Positions 21,481-32,136 of a DNA stretch of 64,000 nucleotides are shown here, piece after piece; positions within the stretch are counted from its first letter, which is position 1, and the number at the start of each line of letters is the position of its first letter. The DNA comes from a virus: the IMG/VR virus record IMGVR_UViG_3300045806_000013, positions 7,044 through 71,043 of that record; one strand, written 5' to 3'. Below the pieces are notes generated by a model. That model did not search any database, was not told the origin of the DNA, and worked only from the letters and a program-made list of their open reading frames with translations. A program made the translations under genes and the position numbers.

Positions 21481-22557
21481 ATGCGCGTAGCTATTATCAC
21501 AGATCAGCACTTTGGGGTTCGAGGGGATTCAATCCACTTCCTAGATTACTACGAGAAGTTCTACAAGGATACATTCTTCCCCAAGCTATTGTCAGAGGGG
21601 GTGGATACACTTCTGGTATTGGGCGATACGTTTGATCATCGAAAGAGTGTAAATTTCAATAGCCTGGATCGGGCCAAAAGCATGTTCTTTGATGTGTTGC
21701 GTAAAAACAACATACTCACATATATATTGGTTGGGAATCACGATACCTACTTCAAAAACACGAATAAAGTAAACTCTCCTACGTTACTGTTGGGGGATGA
21801 ATATCCAAACATTTTTGTCATTACCGATCCAACCACATTGAATATTGGTGATGTTGAAATTTGTATGATGCCTTGGATTTGTCCTGAAAATCTGGATGAA
21901 TCTAAATCAGAAATAGAGACTACAACCGCGAAGATTTGTATGGGGCACTTCGAGATTGCTGGTTTTGCGATGCACCGGGGTATGGAATCTGAGGAAGGAA
22001 TGGACCCGAAATCGTTCAATAAGTTTGAACTGGTATTCTCGGGACATTATCACCACAAGTCCAATAAGGGAAATATACACTATCTGGGCAATCCAGCACA
22101 ACTCACTTGGTCCGACTACAATGATGACCGTGGGTTCCATATTCTTGATTTAGACACCATCGAATTAGAATTTGTGATTAACCCGAATATCATGTTCTTC
22201 AAACTTACATATGATGATACTATCCCCAACATAGCCGGAATTTTGGATAAGTTAAACTATGGGTCATACACCAATAAGTTTGTAAAAGTGATTGTGAATA
22301 ACAAGACCAACCCGGTATTATACGATCAATTCGTCACTAAGTTATATGAAGCAAATCCGTTGGATGTGAATCTAATTGAAGATGGAGTAGACTTGACGGA
22401 GACTCTGGAAGATGATACAATAGACGAAGCGGAAGACACTATAACTATAATCAATAAATTTGTGGATGCTGTTGCCGTTGACGGAATTGATCCATCAAAG
22501 ATAAAGCACATCTTACGCGAGATATATGTAGAAGCACTCAATACAGAATGTACATAA
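21481..22557 (+). CDS. gp47: Recombination endonuclease subunit (Mre11/SbcD-like)
   Basis: TDQHFG, GDTFD, GNHD, SGHYH. Confidence 0.95.
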   Translation: MRVAIITDQHFGVRGDSIHFLDYYEKFYKDTFFPKLLSEGVDTLLVLGDTFDHRKSVNFNSLDRAKSMFFDVLRKNNILTYILVGNHDTYFKNTNKVNSPTLLLGDEYPNIFVITDPTTLNIGDVEICMMPWICPENLDESKSEIETTTAKICMGHFEIAGFAMHRGMESEEGMDPKSFNKFELVFSGHYHHKSNKGNIHYLGNPAQLTWSDYNDDRGFHILDLDTIELEFVINPNIMFFKLTYDDTIPNIAGILDKLNYGSYTNKFVKVIVNNKTNPVLYDQFVTKLYEANPLDVNLIEDGVDLTETLEDDTIDEAEDTITIINKFVDAVAVDGIDPSKIKHILREIYVEALNTECT

Positions 22558-22745
22558 TGGATAGTCACCGTAAAAGTTTACTCAAGGCTATTAGTTGGCG
22601 GCTGGTTGGTTCGGCGGATACGTTCATCATCAGTTATGTTCTGACTGGTCAGATGATGATAGCTGGTAGCATTGCCACTGTAGAAGTTATCACAAAAATT
22701 TTGCTATATTGGGTGCATGAAAGAGTTTGGAATAAAGTACAATGA
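22557..22745 (+). CDS. DUF2061-like small membrane protein
   Basis: SLLKAISWR...YWVHERVW pattern. Confidence 0.75.
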   Translation: MDSHRKSLLKAISWRLVGSADTFIISYVLTGQMMIAGSIATVEVITKILLYWVHERVWNKVQ

Positions 22746-24457
22746 TTACCTTTAAATCTATCAAGTGGAAGAATTTTCTTAGCACAGGAAACACATTCAC
22801 GGAAATCCTTCTAGACAAGTCCACCAACACATTGATGCTGGGTGCTAATGGGGCTGGTAAGAGTACAATCTTGGATGCCCTTTGCTTTGGTCTATTCAAT
22901 AAGCCATTTCGAAAAATAAACAAACCCAGTTTGGTGAACTCCATCAACAATGGTGAGTGTGTTGTTGAAGTAGAATTCGACATAGGTAAGAAGAAATACA
23001 AAATTGTTCGTGGTATTAAGCCAAACACGTTTGAAATATACCTTAATGACATTTTACTGAACCAAGACGCAAAATCGAAGGACTATCAGGAATACCTTGA
23101 GAAATCTATTCTCAAATTCAATTATAAGTCTTTTACTCAGATCGTCATCTTGGGGTCAGCGTCATTCGTCCCATTCATGCAACTGTCTGCATCTGATCGT
23201 CGTTCCATCATCGAAGACCTTCTGGATATTCAGATTTTCACTACAATGAATAACTTAGTGAAAGAAAAAATGACTGTCATTAAGGATGATGTGTCTAAAA
23301 ACAAGTATGCTATAGAATCTGTCTCTGGAAAAATCGAATTACAAAAAGACAACATACAAGACCACAAGAAGCAGAACAACCATATAATTGAAGCAAAGCA
23401 ACAAGAAATCGTAGAATCTAACGAGACACTAGATAAGTTGATTGCAGTCAATGTCACATTGAATGAGCAAATCATGTCATTGCAATCGCTTGTCGATGAT
23501 AAGGTTTCGGTAGATTCGAAGACTAAAAAATTGGTTCAATTGGAAGCCAAGATGGAGTCGAATATCCAGAGAATCCAAGAAGATATTGATTTCTATGAGC
23601 AAGGTGACAACTGCCCAACATGTAAACAAGCACTTGACCCTGTATTCAAGGCGGAACAAGTTACAGAACATACCACGAAAAAAACAAAAATCGAAAGTGG
23701 TCTTGTTGAAATAGCGGCAGAGTTGCAAAAGTTGACTGAAAGAAATGCTGAAATTTCAAGCGTAAACGCTAAGATAACTGCACTGAATACTAAGGTAACC
23801 CAAAACAATTCAACAGTGCGCGTCCTTTGCACGTCAATCGATAAGATTAAACGCCAGATAAAAGAACTATCCAAGGAAAAAGGTAGTGTGTCTGACCAGA
23901 TGGAAAAGCTCAAGGTGTTTGAAGATGAATTGAGTGCATTACAGGCCGACCAAGCTATTCTTTTGTCTGAAAAACATTACTATGAGTATGCAGCCACACT
24001 CCTAAAGGATAATGGCATAAAAACAAGAATCATCAAGCAGTACCTGCCAATTATCAATAAATTTGTTAATAAATACCTGACTGCGATGGGGTTCTTTGTG
24101 AACTTCAATCTGAATGAGAATTTCGAAGAAACTATCAAATCGAGACACCGTGATGATTTTTCTTATGCAAATTTTTCTGAGGGGGAGAAGCAGAAAATCG
24201 ATTTGAGTTTGCTGTTCACATGGCGACAAATTGCAAAAATGAAGAACTCAACAAACACAAATTTGTTGATTTTGGATGAAGTGTTTGATAGTAGCCTTGA
24301 TGGTAATTCAACCGAATTGCTGATGGGTATATTAAAGGAAATTGGTTCGGACACTAATGTGTTTGTCATTAGTCACAAGACGGATCAGTTATATGATAAT
24401 TTTAGAAGTGTAATTTCTTTCGAAAAGAAAAATAACTTCTCACAGGTGGTTAAATAA
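22742..24457 (+). CDS. gp46: Recombination ATPase subunit (Rad50/SbcC-like)
   Basis: GANGAGKS, CPTC hook, FSEGEK, LDEVFDSSLD. Confidence 0.95.
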   Translation: MITFKSIKWKNFLSTGNTFTEILLDKSTNTLMLGANGAGKSTILDALCFGLFNKPFRKINKPSLVNSINNGECVVEVEFDIGKKKYKIVRGIKPNTFEIYLNDILLNQDAKSKDYQEYLEKSILKFNYKSFTQIVILGSASFVPFMQLSASDRRSIIEDLLDIQIFTTMNNLVKEKMTVIKDDVSKNKYAIESVSGKIELQKDNIQDHKKQNNHIIEAKQQEIVESNETLDKLIAVNVTLNEQIMSLQSLVDDKVSVDSKTKKLVQLEAKMESNIQRIQEDIDFYEQGDNCPTCKQALDPVFKAEQVTEHTTKKTKIESGLVEIAAELQKLTERNAEISSVNAKITALNTKVTQNNSTVRVLCTSIDKIKRQIKELSKEKGSVSDQMEKLKVFEDELSALQADQAILLSEKHYYEYAATLLKDNGIKTRIIKQYLPIINKFVNKYLTAMGFFVNFNLNENFEETIKSRHRDDFSYANFSEGEKQKIDLSLLFTWRQIAKMKNSTNTNLLILDEVFDSSLDGNSTELLMGILKEIGSDTNVFVISHKTDQLYDNFRSVISFEKKNNFSQVVK

Positions 24458-25095
24458 TGGAAATTAAACAATCAACGATAAACACTGGCGTGGTGACGTT
24501 CAATACAAATGACTCATTAACCCAGCCAACGGTATCTCCAATTCAAGAGATTCCAACTTTCCAGTTAGTACCAGAAACAGACCCTATTTTAGGTGAGGTC
24601 TTGCCTTGGTTCGACTTCATCAATCCACCATTTGTCCCTGCAAATTTCGCGTCTTCAATGGTGGAAACATGTAAGAGGGAGCATGGAGTCGGTCTATCGG
24701 CAAATCAATGTGGATATAGGGTTCGAATGTTTGTCATGGGATTTGGTGATAACTATGTTGCCATGTTCAACCCAATTAAAATTGCCGAATCCGCTGAAAG
24801 CATTCATATGGTAGAGGGGTGCTTGTCATTCCCACTATTGGGCATCCGTATAACCAGACCGAAGACTGTAACAATCAGTTATCAGGATTATACTGGAGAA
24901 TCTAGACAGGTCACCCTAGAAGGCATTTCCGCACGGTGTGCATTGCATGAATTGGATCATTTGGATGGCATTACATTCGTTCAAGTGGCTAAACCATTGG
25001 CACTCAAGTCTGCAATTGGGAAGAGAACTAAAATCCTACACAAAATGATGCGCCAGTATCGAACCAACACACTACCAAACATGCCTGTCAATTAG
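24457..25095 (+). CDS. def: Peptide deformylase
   Basis: GVGLSANQ, EGCLS and HELDH motifs. Confidence 0.92.
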   Translation: MEIKQSTINTGVVTFNTNDSLTQPTVSPIQEIPTFQLVPETDPILGEVLPWFDFINPPFVPANFASSMVETCKREHGVGLSANQCGYRVRMFVMGFGDNYVAMFNPIKIAESAESIHMVEGCLSFPLLGIRITRPKTVTISYQDYTGESRQVTLEGISARCALHELDHLDGITFVQVAKPLALKSAIGKRTKILHKMMRQYRTNTLPNMPVN

Positions 25096-25098
25096 TAG

Positions 25099-25127
25099 TT
25101 GACTTTCTGTTGGAAGTGTGTTATACT
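25099..25127 (+). promoter_or_regulatory. Sigma70-type promoter
   Basis: TTGACT-17bp-TATACT. Confidence 0.7.
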
Positions 25128-25156
25128 TATCTCTTGAACTTATTATTAGGAATAAA

Positions 25157-25372
25157 ATGAATAAACATTTAACCACAAAGCAAAAAATGATCATTGCTTT
25201 GTCTAAGACTTATGGTGCTAATACATTTACTGTGAAACAAGCACAAGCGCGATTTGGTATCAAATGTGTAACCGCTCGTATTCGTGAATTGCGGGCACAG
25301 GGCTATCCGATTCAATCAACCACAAAAGTCATGCATGATGGCCGTAAGGCTACTGTGTATAAGATGGGGTGA
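25157..25372 (+). CDS. Small winged-HTH protein
   Basis: ARFGI..VTARIRELRAQGYPI. Confidence 0.7.
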   Translation: MNKHLTTKQKMIIALSKTYGANTFTVKQAQARFGIKCVTARIRELRAQGYPIQSTTKVMHDGRKATVYKMG

Positions 25373-25392
25373 TACTATAATTCACGTATAGT

Positions 25393-25418
25393 AAAGGGGC
25401 ATTAAGCCCCTTTTTTTT
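25393..25418. terminator. Terminator between convergent genes
   Basis: aaaggggc-atta-agcccc followed by a T-run. Confidence 0.7.
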
Positions 25419-27024
25419 ATTTTACAATATACTCCCATTTCGAGTGCCCACACCCATATAGCTTCTTAAATTTATGTTTAAACATATTTTTATCTTCTGT
25501 GTCATCTGGATTGAAACTAGCACCTAGAAGTGATTTCAACTTATGCTTTTGGGTCTTGTATCTTGATATTATGTTGTTCCTATTGTCAATCCAAACATAG
25601 TCAATGGTTCCATCAGATACTTTCTTAAATCCAATCTTAGAATACACACTCCCTTCGAATAATCTATTGTCGCAGTAAGTCAGTAAATTTGATGTATCAG
25701 AATTTCTAATGTGAAATCTCAGAAGTTTCTCAGCACCCCCAATGATGTGATTATTTGGCATTGTGCAGAATCTGATAAGTTCTTGTTTATTCTTCTCAAA
25801 CCTAGATGTCCCGAAAGACATCACAGAATATAATAAACCATTCAAGAAAAGACCATACTTAAACTTAGCATTAGCCGTTCCTTGTATGTGGTGATTGTCT
25901 AGGAAGTCAGCATACTCTTTATTACTAATGATTTGCACTTGCATTTTTCTTGCATAATGTATATTCTCAGTTTTATGTAAGCTTCTTCTGATTATATCTT
26001 TACAGATATCTTTTTTGTTTAGCCATTCTGTGTCTAAAATTTGAATGAGCCTGACCCCTTTTTCATTACATAGCTTTGTCTTTTTTGTGTGTTTATTCTT
26101 ATCTTCAATTGTATATCCTTCATTGAGTGAATGCCAGTACACCCCATTCAATTCAATGCCTACTTTATGTGAATCTATCATGATGTCAATTTCTTTTGGT
26201 GCTATTGTTTTTTTATCGCAAAATGTAGCATCAACACCAAGGGAGACCACAAACTCATATATTTCTGTTTGCATTTTAAGTGGATGTGTATGAAATATTT
26301 TCTGATCAATTCCCAATCTCTCTAATGCAAGATATACGGTTCTATACGAAACTTCAAGCTCTTCTGCAATTTGTGTGACGCCTTTTGTTGAGTTCTGTCT
26401 TATTAGCCAGTCCGCATCCCATATTTCTGGATTCGTTTCCATTCGTGCTTGCCTAGAGCAGTCTATCATTTTCTTGGTCTGTGTTGTATATGGAACACCA
26501 TACCGCTCCATGTTCGTATCTTTTGCTTGTTCACGATTGCAGTAATTTTCATCACCATACCGTTCTAGCTTAGTCTTCCTTGACTTCTCTTTGAAGTCCT
26601 TAGTGGAGTAGTAGTTCTCGCTTCCATATCTCTCTAAATTAGTAATCTTTAACTTTCCCATCATCACTGGGATAGCTTCTTTAACTGCTTTAGACACCTT
26701 TGCATTACGCTCTGGTGATTTGGTGACACAACTTACGGAACAATAATCTCTATATCCTTCGCTGTAGTTCATAAAGTTATTTTTATTTTTGTTACATACT
26801 TGACATGTTGGTCTGTCTGTGGTATCATGCACGATACTATAAAGTCGTTCTGCGAATGATGGTGTATAAATATCAAGATGTGAAGTTTCGCTAATTATCT
26901 TATCATGTATATCTCTTGTGCTTCTATTATCCCACCACGTTTGAATACATGCACGATTGTTCAATTTTCCAGATTTTGTTAGAGCATTGTCCAATATAAA
27001 AGATTTCAGTGTTTCTTTGGTCAT
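25417..27024 (-). CDS. Hef-like homing endonuclease (only long minus-strand gene)
   Basis: CxxC, LERYG repeats, EID..IELNGVYWH, GCG C-terminus; same family as 16015. Confidence 0.8.
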   Translation of the reverse strand: MTKETLKSFILDNALTKSGKLNNRACIQTWWDNRSTRDIHDKIISETSHLDIYTPSFAERLYSIVHDTTDRPTCQVCNKNKNNFMNYSEGYRDYCSVSCVTKSPERNAKVSKAVKEAIPVMMGKLKITNLERYGSENYYSTKDFKEKSRKTKLERYGDENYCNREQAKDTNMERYGVPYTTQTKKMIDCSRQARMETNPEIWDADWLIRQNSTKGVTQIAEELEVSYRTVYLALERLGIDQKIFHTHPLKMQTEIYEFVVSLGVDATFCDKKTIAPKEIDIMIDSHKVGIELNGVYWHSLNEGYTIEDKNKHTKKTKLCNEKGVRLIQILDTEWLNKKDICKDIIRRSLHKTENIHYARKMQVQIISNKEYADFLDNHHIQGTANAKFKYGLFLNGLLYSVMSFGTSRFEKNKQELIRFCTMPNNHIIGGAEKLLRFHIRNSDTSNLLTYCDNRLFEGSVYSKIGFKKVSDGTIDYVWIDNRNNIISRYKTQKHKLKSLLGASFNPDDTEDKNMFKHKFKKLYGCGHSKWEYIVK

Positions 27025-27068
27025 GTGTGTTTGTCTATATTTTTTAATGTTAATGAGAGGATTATATC

Positions 27069-27887
27069 ATGGAAATCAGTATTAAAACAGAAGAGTTGAA
27101 AAAATATTCCATATTTGTGGCAACTCCAATGTATGGTGGTGCGGCAATGGGACTGTATATGAAGGCATGTCTCGATCTTCAAGGATTGTGTATGCAATAT
27201 GGAATTCAATTGAAATTCTCATTCCTTTTCAATGAATCTCTAATCCCCCGCGCTCGTAATTATTTAGTGGATGAATTCCTAAATCGGTCTGAATGTACAC
27301 ACTTTTTGTTTATTGATGCTGATGTATGTTTTAATCCAAATGACGTAATTGCTATGCTGGCATTGGATAAAGATGTTATTGGTGGGCCATATCCAAAGAA
27401 AGCTATTAAATGGACATCTGTCAAGAAGGCTATAGTCAAGAATCCTAACATTGCAACACATGAATTGGAAAATGTTGTCGGTGATTTTGTTTTCAATCCG
27501 GTAAAGGGGACTGCGCAATTTTCTGTGACTGAACCAATTGAAGTTATGGAAATCGGCACCGGATTTATGCTGGTTAAGCGTGATGTGTTCACAAAACTAA
27601 AGGAAACATTCCCGCAATTGGAATATAGACCAGATCATGTCGGACAGGCCAATTTTGACGGAAGTCGGATGATTCATGCATATTTCGACACTATAATTGA
27701 CACACCAGATAGTATTACTGGTGGTGGAAGTATGAGATTTTTGTCAGAGGATTACTTTTTTTGTCAACTCTGGCGCAAGATGAATGGTAAAATCTTCCTT
27801 TGCCCATGGATGAAGACTACTCACATTGGCACGTATCACTTCCAAGGAAATCTTCCAGCCATAGCCAACTTTGTGGGAGAAATGTGA
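27069..27887 (+). CDS. GT-A fold glycosyltransferase-like protein
   Basis: ATPMYGG, ESLIPRARN, FIDAD, GTGFML, SEDY. Confidence 0.7.
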   Translation: MEISIKTEELKKYSIFVATPMYGGAAMGLYMKACLDLQGLCMQYGIQLKFSFLFNESLIPRARNYLVDEFLNRSECTHFLFIDADVCFNPNDVIAMLALDKDVIGGPYPKKAIKWTSVKKAIVKNPNIATHELENVVGDFVFNPVKGTAQFSVTEPIEVMEIGTGFMLVKRDVFTKLKETFPQLEYRPDHVGQANFDGSRMIHAYFDTIIDTPDSITGGGSMRFLSEDYFFCQLWRKMNGKIFLCPWMKTTHIGTYHFQGNLPAIANFVGEM

Positions 27888-27890
27888 GAT

Positions 27891-28259
27891 ATGCAGAAAC
27901 AACCAATTGAAAAATTAACCATAGAACAATCACAATCATCCACAGTTGGTGGTCGTAAATTTGATGGTGGAAAATTGCAATATGGTCTTATTCCACCATT
28001 AGCACTAAAAGCAACAGTCGATGTATTGACATTTGGTGCAGTGAAATATGAGCCAGGAAACTGGCGAAGAGTGCCAGATGCACAGAGACGTTATTTTGAT
28101 GCTCTACAAAGGCATCTATGGGCATGGAAGGAAGGCGAATCAATAGACCAAGAGAGTGGTAAGAATCACCTTGCACATGCACTATGCTGCCTAATGTTCT
28201 TAGCGGAAAAAGAGCTATCAACAGAAGATCAGTGGACGTCAAAATTAAATGAGAGTTGA
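27891..28259 (+). CDS. dATP/dGTP diphosphohydrolase-like protein (DUF5664)
   Basis: KFDGGK, FGAVKYEPGNW, DQESGKNHLAHA. Confidence 0.8.
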   Translation: MQKQPIEKLTIEQSQSSTVGGRKFDGGKLQYGLIPPLALKATVDVLTFGAVKYEPGNWRRVPDAQRRYFDALQRHLWAWKEGESIDQESGKNHLAHALCCLMFLAEKELSTEDQWTSKLNES

Positions 28260-28284
28260 CATTGTGTGATTTTCGTGCTATAAT
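28256..28284 (+). promoter_or_regulatory. Sigma70 consensus promoter
   Basis: TTGACA-17bp-TATAAT. Confidence 0.85.
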
Positions 28285-28312
28285 ACTTATAGTTTTTATA
28301 ATGGAGTAATGA

Positions 28313-28981
28313 ATGATTTTATCTAATGAAACCCTCTTGGTATTGAGGAATTTTGCAACAATCAACCCAGGATTGGAATTTAAACAGGGGTCCAAAATTT
28401 CCACAATATCCCCAGGAAAATCAGTATTGGCACAGGCTGTACTTAAGGATGAATTCCCCCAAGAATTTTGTGTATACGACCTAAACCAATTCTTGTCTGT
28501 ACACTCACTATTCAAGGAAGCCGTCAATCTTAGTTTCGATTCATCTAGTGTCACCTTTAAGGGTGATCGCAGTCGAATCACATTCCGAACTGCAGAGAAG
28601 CGTACTATTGTGACGCCACCAGAGAAGACAATTAAATTTGATAAGGTTGATTGTTCGTTTAATATGACATCGCAGATGTATGATGAATTGATGAAGACCG
28701 CAAAGGTGCTGTCATCGCCAAATATTGGCATTACATCGGACGGGGAGACCATAGAACTTGTTGCATTTGATGCAAAGAATGACGGTAAGCATTCCAACTC
28801 TATTGTGGTTGGTGAGGGCAATGGTAAGGTATATAAGATCGTTTTCAGCACAGAAAACATCAAGATGTTGCAGGGTAGCTATGATGTTGAAATTACATTC
28901 CAAGGTCTGGCGCATTTTAAAAACACTAAAGATGATATTCAATATTGGGTAGCATTTAACTCTAATGAAAGCAAGGTATAA
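28313..28981 (+). CDS. gp45: Sliding clamp
   Basis: LSNETL.VLRNFATIN, YDLNQFL. Confidence 0.95.
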   Translation: MILSNETLLVLRNFATINPGLEFKQGSKISTISPGKSVLAQAVLKDEFPQEFCVYDLNQFLSVHSLFKEAVNLSFDSSSVTFKGDRSRITFRTAEKRTIVTPPEKTIKFDKVDCSFNMTSQMYDELMKTAKVLSSPNIGITSDGETIELVAFDAKNDGKHSNSIVVGEGNGKVYKIVFSTENIKMLQGSYDVEITFQGLAHFKNTKDDIQYWVAFNSNESKV

Positions 28982-28982
28982 T

Positions 28983-29180
28983 ATGTTAATTTCTGTTGTA
29001 GATGCGGTACTAGGTACTGAAATTTTCATTAACCCGACCCAAGTGGCTGTGGTATTTGAAGGTAAAAATCCGGAGGGGGTGCAGATGACTATGATCAATT
29101 TGTTAAATGGAAGCGTTGGCACCACAGAATCATTGGATAGTGTCGTAACAAAATTGCAAAATGAATTGAATAGGATTTAA
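28983..29180 (+). CDS. Hypothetical protein
   Basis: In-operon ORF. Confidence 0.55.
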   Translation: MLISVVDAVLGTEIFINPTQVAVVFEGKNPEGVQMTMINLLNGSVGTTESLDSVVTKLQNELNRI

Positions 29181-29182
29181 AC

Positions 29183-29458
29183 ATGGTCAACACAGTACAA
29201 ACTCTATATGGCACATTTGATGAAAAACAACTTAAATCACTAAAGGGGTACGTAGATGAAATGGTCGTTGCTATGTCTCGCGCAAAGTCAACTAGTGAGT
29301 CCATTAGTGATATCATTGGGCTGGCTCATGATGAATTGAAGATTCCTAAGAAAATCATCCGCCGCATAGCTAAGGTGCAGTTCAATCAGAGTCTGCAAGA
29401 AGAGGTTGCGGAGTTCAATGAATTTGAAGCATTGGTCGAGTCTATTGCTAAAATTTGA
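29183..29458 (+). CDS. DsbA-like dsDNA-binding protein
   Basis: AHDELKIPKKIIRR...EFEALVESI resembles T4 DsbA. Confidence 0.6.
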   Translation: MVNTVQTLYGTFDEKQLKSLKGYVDEMVVAMSRAKSTSESISDIIGLAHDELKIPKKIIRRIAKVQFNQSLQEEVAEFNEFEALVESIAKI

Positions 29459-29487
29459 TTGACGGTCTAGTGATAATGTGTTACAAT
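29459..29487 (+). promoter_or_regulatory. Sigma70-type promoter
   Basis: TTGACG-17bp-TACAAT. Confidence 0.7.
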
Positions 29488-29537
29488 TAAAGGCGCGTCT
29501 TTATTTTAAGGTGCGCCTTTAATATTTTGGAGAAACT

Positions 29538-30473
29538 ATGAGTGATGTGCATATGCTGTGGGTTGAGAAATATCGGCCACAAACTATTAATGAGTGTATT
29601 CTTCCGGATGCACTTAAGACTACATTTCAAGAATTTGTAGATAAGAAAGAAATTCCAAACTTACTATTGTCGGGAACTGCTGGAGTTGGCAAGACTACTG
29701 TGGCTAAAGCGTTGTGTCAGGAAGTTGGCTATGATTTTATCTTTATCAATGGGTCGAATGAGCGAGGCATTGATACACTACGAGACACTATTATTAGTTA
29801 TGCGTCTGCAGTCTCTCTAACAGGCTCTCGCAAGGCCATTATCATCGATGAAGCGGATAACCTAACACCTGACGCTCAAAAGGCTCTACGCGGCGTTATT
29901 GAAGATTTTGCCGCCAATTGCTCATTCATATTTACATGCAATTTTAAGAATCGCATTATGGATGCCATCCACTCTCGGTGCACTTGTATTGATTTCAGGT
30001 TGAATGGATCGAAAGCGAAGGTTGCCAACGCATTCATGAAGCGTATTCAATTCATTCTGGATAGTGAAGGTGTTACATATGACAAGAGTGTTGTTGCAGC
30101 AATTATCACCAAGCACTTCCCCGACAATCGTAGGGTGATCAATGAATTGCAGCGGTATTCATCTTCTGGAACAATCGATAAGGGTATTCTTGCTAATGTA
30201 GCAGATATCAATTTGGATGAATTGATTGTTGCATTGAAGGGTAAGAATTTCGCCAATGCCCGTAAGTGGGTGGCTAATAATCTCGACAATGACCCAGCTA
30301 AGATTTATCGTAAATTGTATGACACATTATATGACCATCTTGAGCCAAATTCTGTGCCACAACTTGTCCTGCATTTAGCCAAGTATCAGTATCAAGGCGC
30401 TTTTGTTGCAGACAATGAAATTAACATGATCGCATGTCTCACTGAGATTATGGTAGATTGTGTTTTTAAATGA
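29538..30473 (+). CDS. gp44: Clamp loader large subunit
   Basis: WVEKYRP, GVGKTT, IDEAD, SRC. Confidence 0.95.
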   Translation: MSDVHMLWVEKYRPQTINECILPDALKTTFQEFVDKKEIPNLLLSGTAGVGKTTVAKALCQEVGYDFIFINGSNERGIDTLRDTIISYASAVSLTGSRKAIIIDEADNLTPDAQKALRGVIEDFAANCSFIFTCNFKNRIMDAIHSRCTCIDFRLNGSKAKVANAFMKRIQFILDSEGVTYDKSVVAAIITKHFPDNRRVINELQRYSSSGTIDKGILANVADINLDELIVALKGKNFANARKWVANNLDNDPAKIYRKLYDTLYDHLEPNSVPQLVLHLAKYQYQGAFVADNEINMIACLTEIMVDCVFK

Positions 30474-30892
30474 ATAATTTGTGTGAATTCTTGAATTTAC
30501 CCGACACTGGTGATTATAAGATATGCTCCAAGTGTAAAGTGTCCAAGCATTTAAGTTGCTACACTACTGCAAGTGGTGGTAACTATCTGAGAAGTGAATG
30601 TAATGAATGTGCAAACGAATTGAAACGACATAGAAATGATTTGAGGAAAATATACCCAGACCCAGGAACGGAGTATCGATGTCCAATATGTGATGTTGAT
30701 TATGCTGGCGCATTGGGGTCTGGTGGAAAGTCGCATAGCAGTCCATGGGTATTAGACCACAACCATGAAACAGGTGAGTATCGAGGTTATCTATGTCATC
30801 CATGCAATAGATTCTTTGACCTACTTTTACAGGATAATCGTTTAGATAGAATCCCAAACTACATTGAAAGTTTTACTAAAAATGACAATTAA
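30470..30892 (+). CDS. Endonuclease VII-like His-Me nuclease inserted between gp44 and gp62
   Basis: CPIC...LDHNHETGEYRGYLCHPCN. Confidence 0.8.
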   Translation: MNNLCEFLNLPDTGDYKICSKCKVSKHLSCYTTASGGNYLRSECNECANELKRHRNDLRKIYPDPGTEYRCPICDVDYAGALGSGGKSHSSPWVLDHNHETGEYRGYLCHPCNRFFDLLLQDNRLDRIPNYIESFTKNDN

Positions 30893-31295
30893 CGTATTTA
30901 AAGATATTCTACCGTCAATCCTACAGACAAAGGAATACATTCTCATAGAACCGGAGGATATTGCAGAGTATAACCCATTCATCGTTAATCGGGCACTATC
31001 GTTACACCAGGACTGTGTATTATATGTCAACGAGTTGAATTTATACCCAACTATAGACGCTGATATGCAGTATGATTTCTACCTAAATACGTTGAGACCT
31101 ATGAAACGTGGCTTTCAAAAATGGCTAAAGTCTGAGGTTTTACCAGATTTGGAATGTGTGAAGAAGTATTTTGGCTACTCTAACCAGAAGGCCAAAGAAG
31201 CTCTGCGCGTTCTTTCAGATGAACAAATCGCTGAAATAAAAGCAAAAATAAATACAGGCGGAATGAATGATGATGGAGACACAAAAACTAGTTGA
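30882..31295 (+). CDS. gp62: Clamp loader small subunit
   Basis: YNPFIVNRALS, QYDFYLN, YFGYS..KA. Confidence 0.9.
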   Translation: MTINVFKDILPSILQTKEYILIEPEDIAEYNPFIVNRALSLHQDCVLYVNELNLYPTIDADMQYDFYLNTLRPMKRGFQKWLKSEVLPDLECVKKYFGYSNQKAKEALRVLSDEQIAEIKAKINTGGMNDDGDTKTS

Positions 31296-31689
31296 GGTTA
31301 CGATAGATCAACCTGATGATTTTTTAAAAATTAAAGAAACTCTCACTCGAATAGGAGTGGCGTCCAAGAAAGATATGATATTGTATCAATCATGCCATAT
31401 TCTACATAAGCGCGGTAAGTATTTCATAGTGCACTTTAAAGAGTTGTTTGAATTAGATGGGAAGCCATCTGACCTTAGTGATAATGATCTATCAAGAAGA
31501 AATGCAATTTCAATACTTCTCGAAGATTGGGGACTGTTGAATATCGTAAACCCTGATTGTGTGCAAACTCCACCCCCAATCTACATTTCACAGATTAAGA
31601 TATTGTCACACAGAGAAAAAGCTGATTGGCAGTTGGTACCAAAATATAACATCGGTGCTAAGAAGAATACCCACCTTGGGACCGTTTGA
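31267..31689 (+). CDS. regA: Translational repressor RegA
   Basis: DFLKIKETLTRIG, QSCHILHK.G.YFIVHFKEL. Confidence 0.95.
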   Translation: MMMETQKLVEVTIDQPDDFLKIKETLTRIGVASKKDMILYQSCHILHKRGKYFIVHFKELFELDGKPSDLSDNDLSRRNAISILLEDWGLLNIVNPDCVQTPPPIYISQIKILSHREKADWQLVPKYNIGAKKNTHLGTV

Positions 31690-31813
31690 TGCTACGTTAA
31701 AAGGCGTCCGTCTTCTGCAACGTTAATGTGGCGTGTCATTACACCGACAACACGATAGTTTGCCCTTGTATAAGGTAAGCAAGAATACACTCACACACTT
31801 AAAAGGAAATAAA

Positions 31814-32071
31814 ATGAAATCAGCACAAGTAAGCGCACCAGAAGTAACATTCAACAAAAATGGTTACGAAATCCGTACAGAAATTTTAGACATGGCAAGG
31901 TCACTCAATATTGATGACTACCATGCTAAGTTTCAAGGATGGGAAATGTCTAGTGTTAGGGATGAAAAGACTGGTCAAGTTGTAACGACTGTCGGTATGC
32001 CACCTTTCCCTGGATTGGATAAAATCTTGGAGACCGCAGAGCAGATGTATTCATTCGTGAATAAAAAGTAA
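31814..32071 (+). CDS. Hypothetical protein
   Basis: AAGGA RBS; NKNGYEIRTEIL. Confidence 0.6.
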   Translation: MKSAQVSAPEVTFNKNGYEIRTEILDMARSLNIDDYHAKFQGWEMSSVRDEKTGQVVTTVGMPPFPGLDKILETAEQMYSFVNKK

Positions 32072-32100
32072 AAAAATGGTGGGGTGCAATGCCCCACCTA

Positions 32101-32129
32101 TTGACATGACTCCGAAAAGTCAGTATAAT
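32101..32129 (+). promoter_or_regulatory. Sigma70 consensus promoter
   Basis: TTGACA-17bp-TATAAT. Confidence 0.85.
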
Positions 32130-32136
32130 TCAAATC

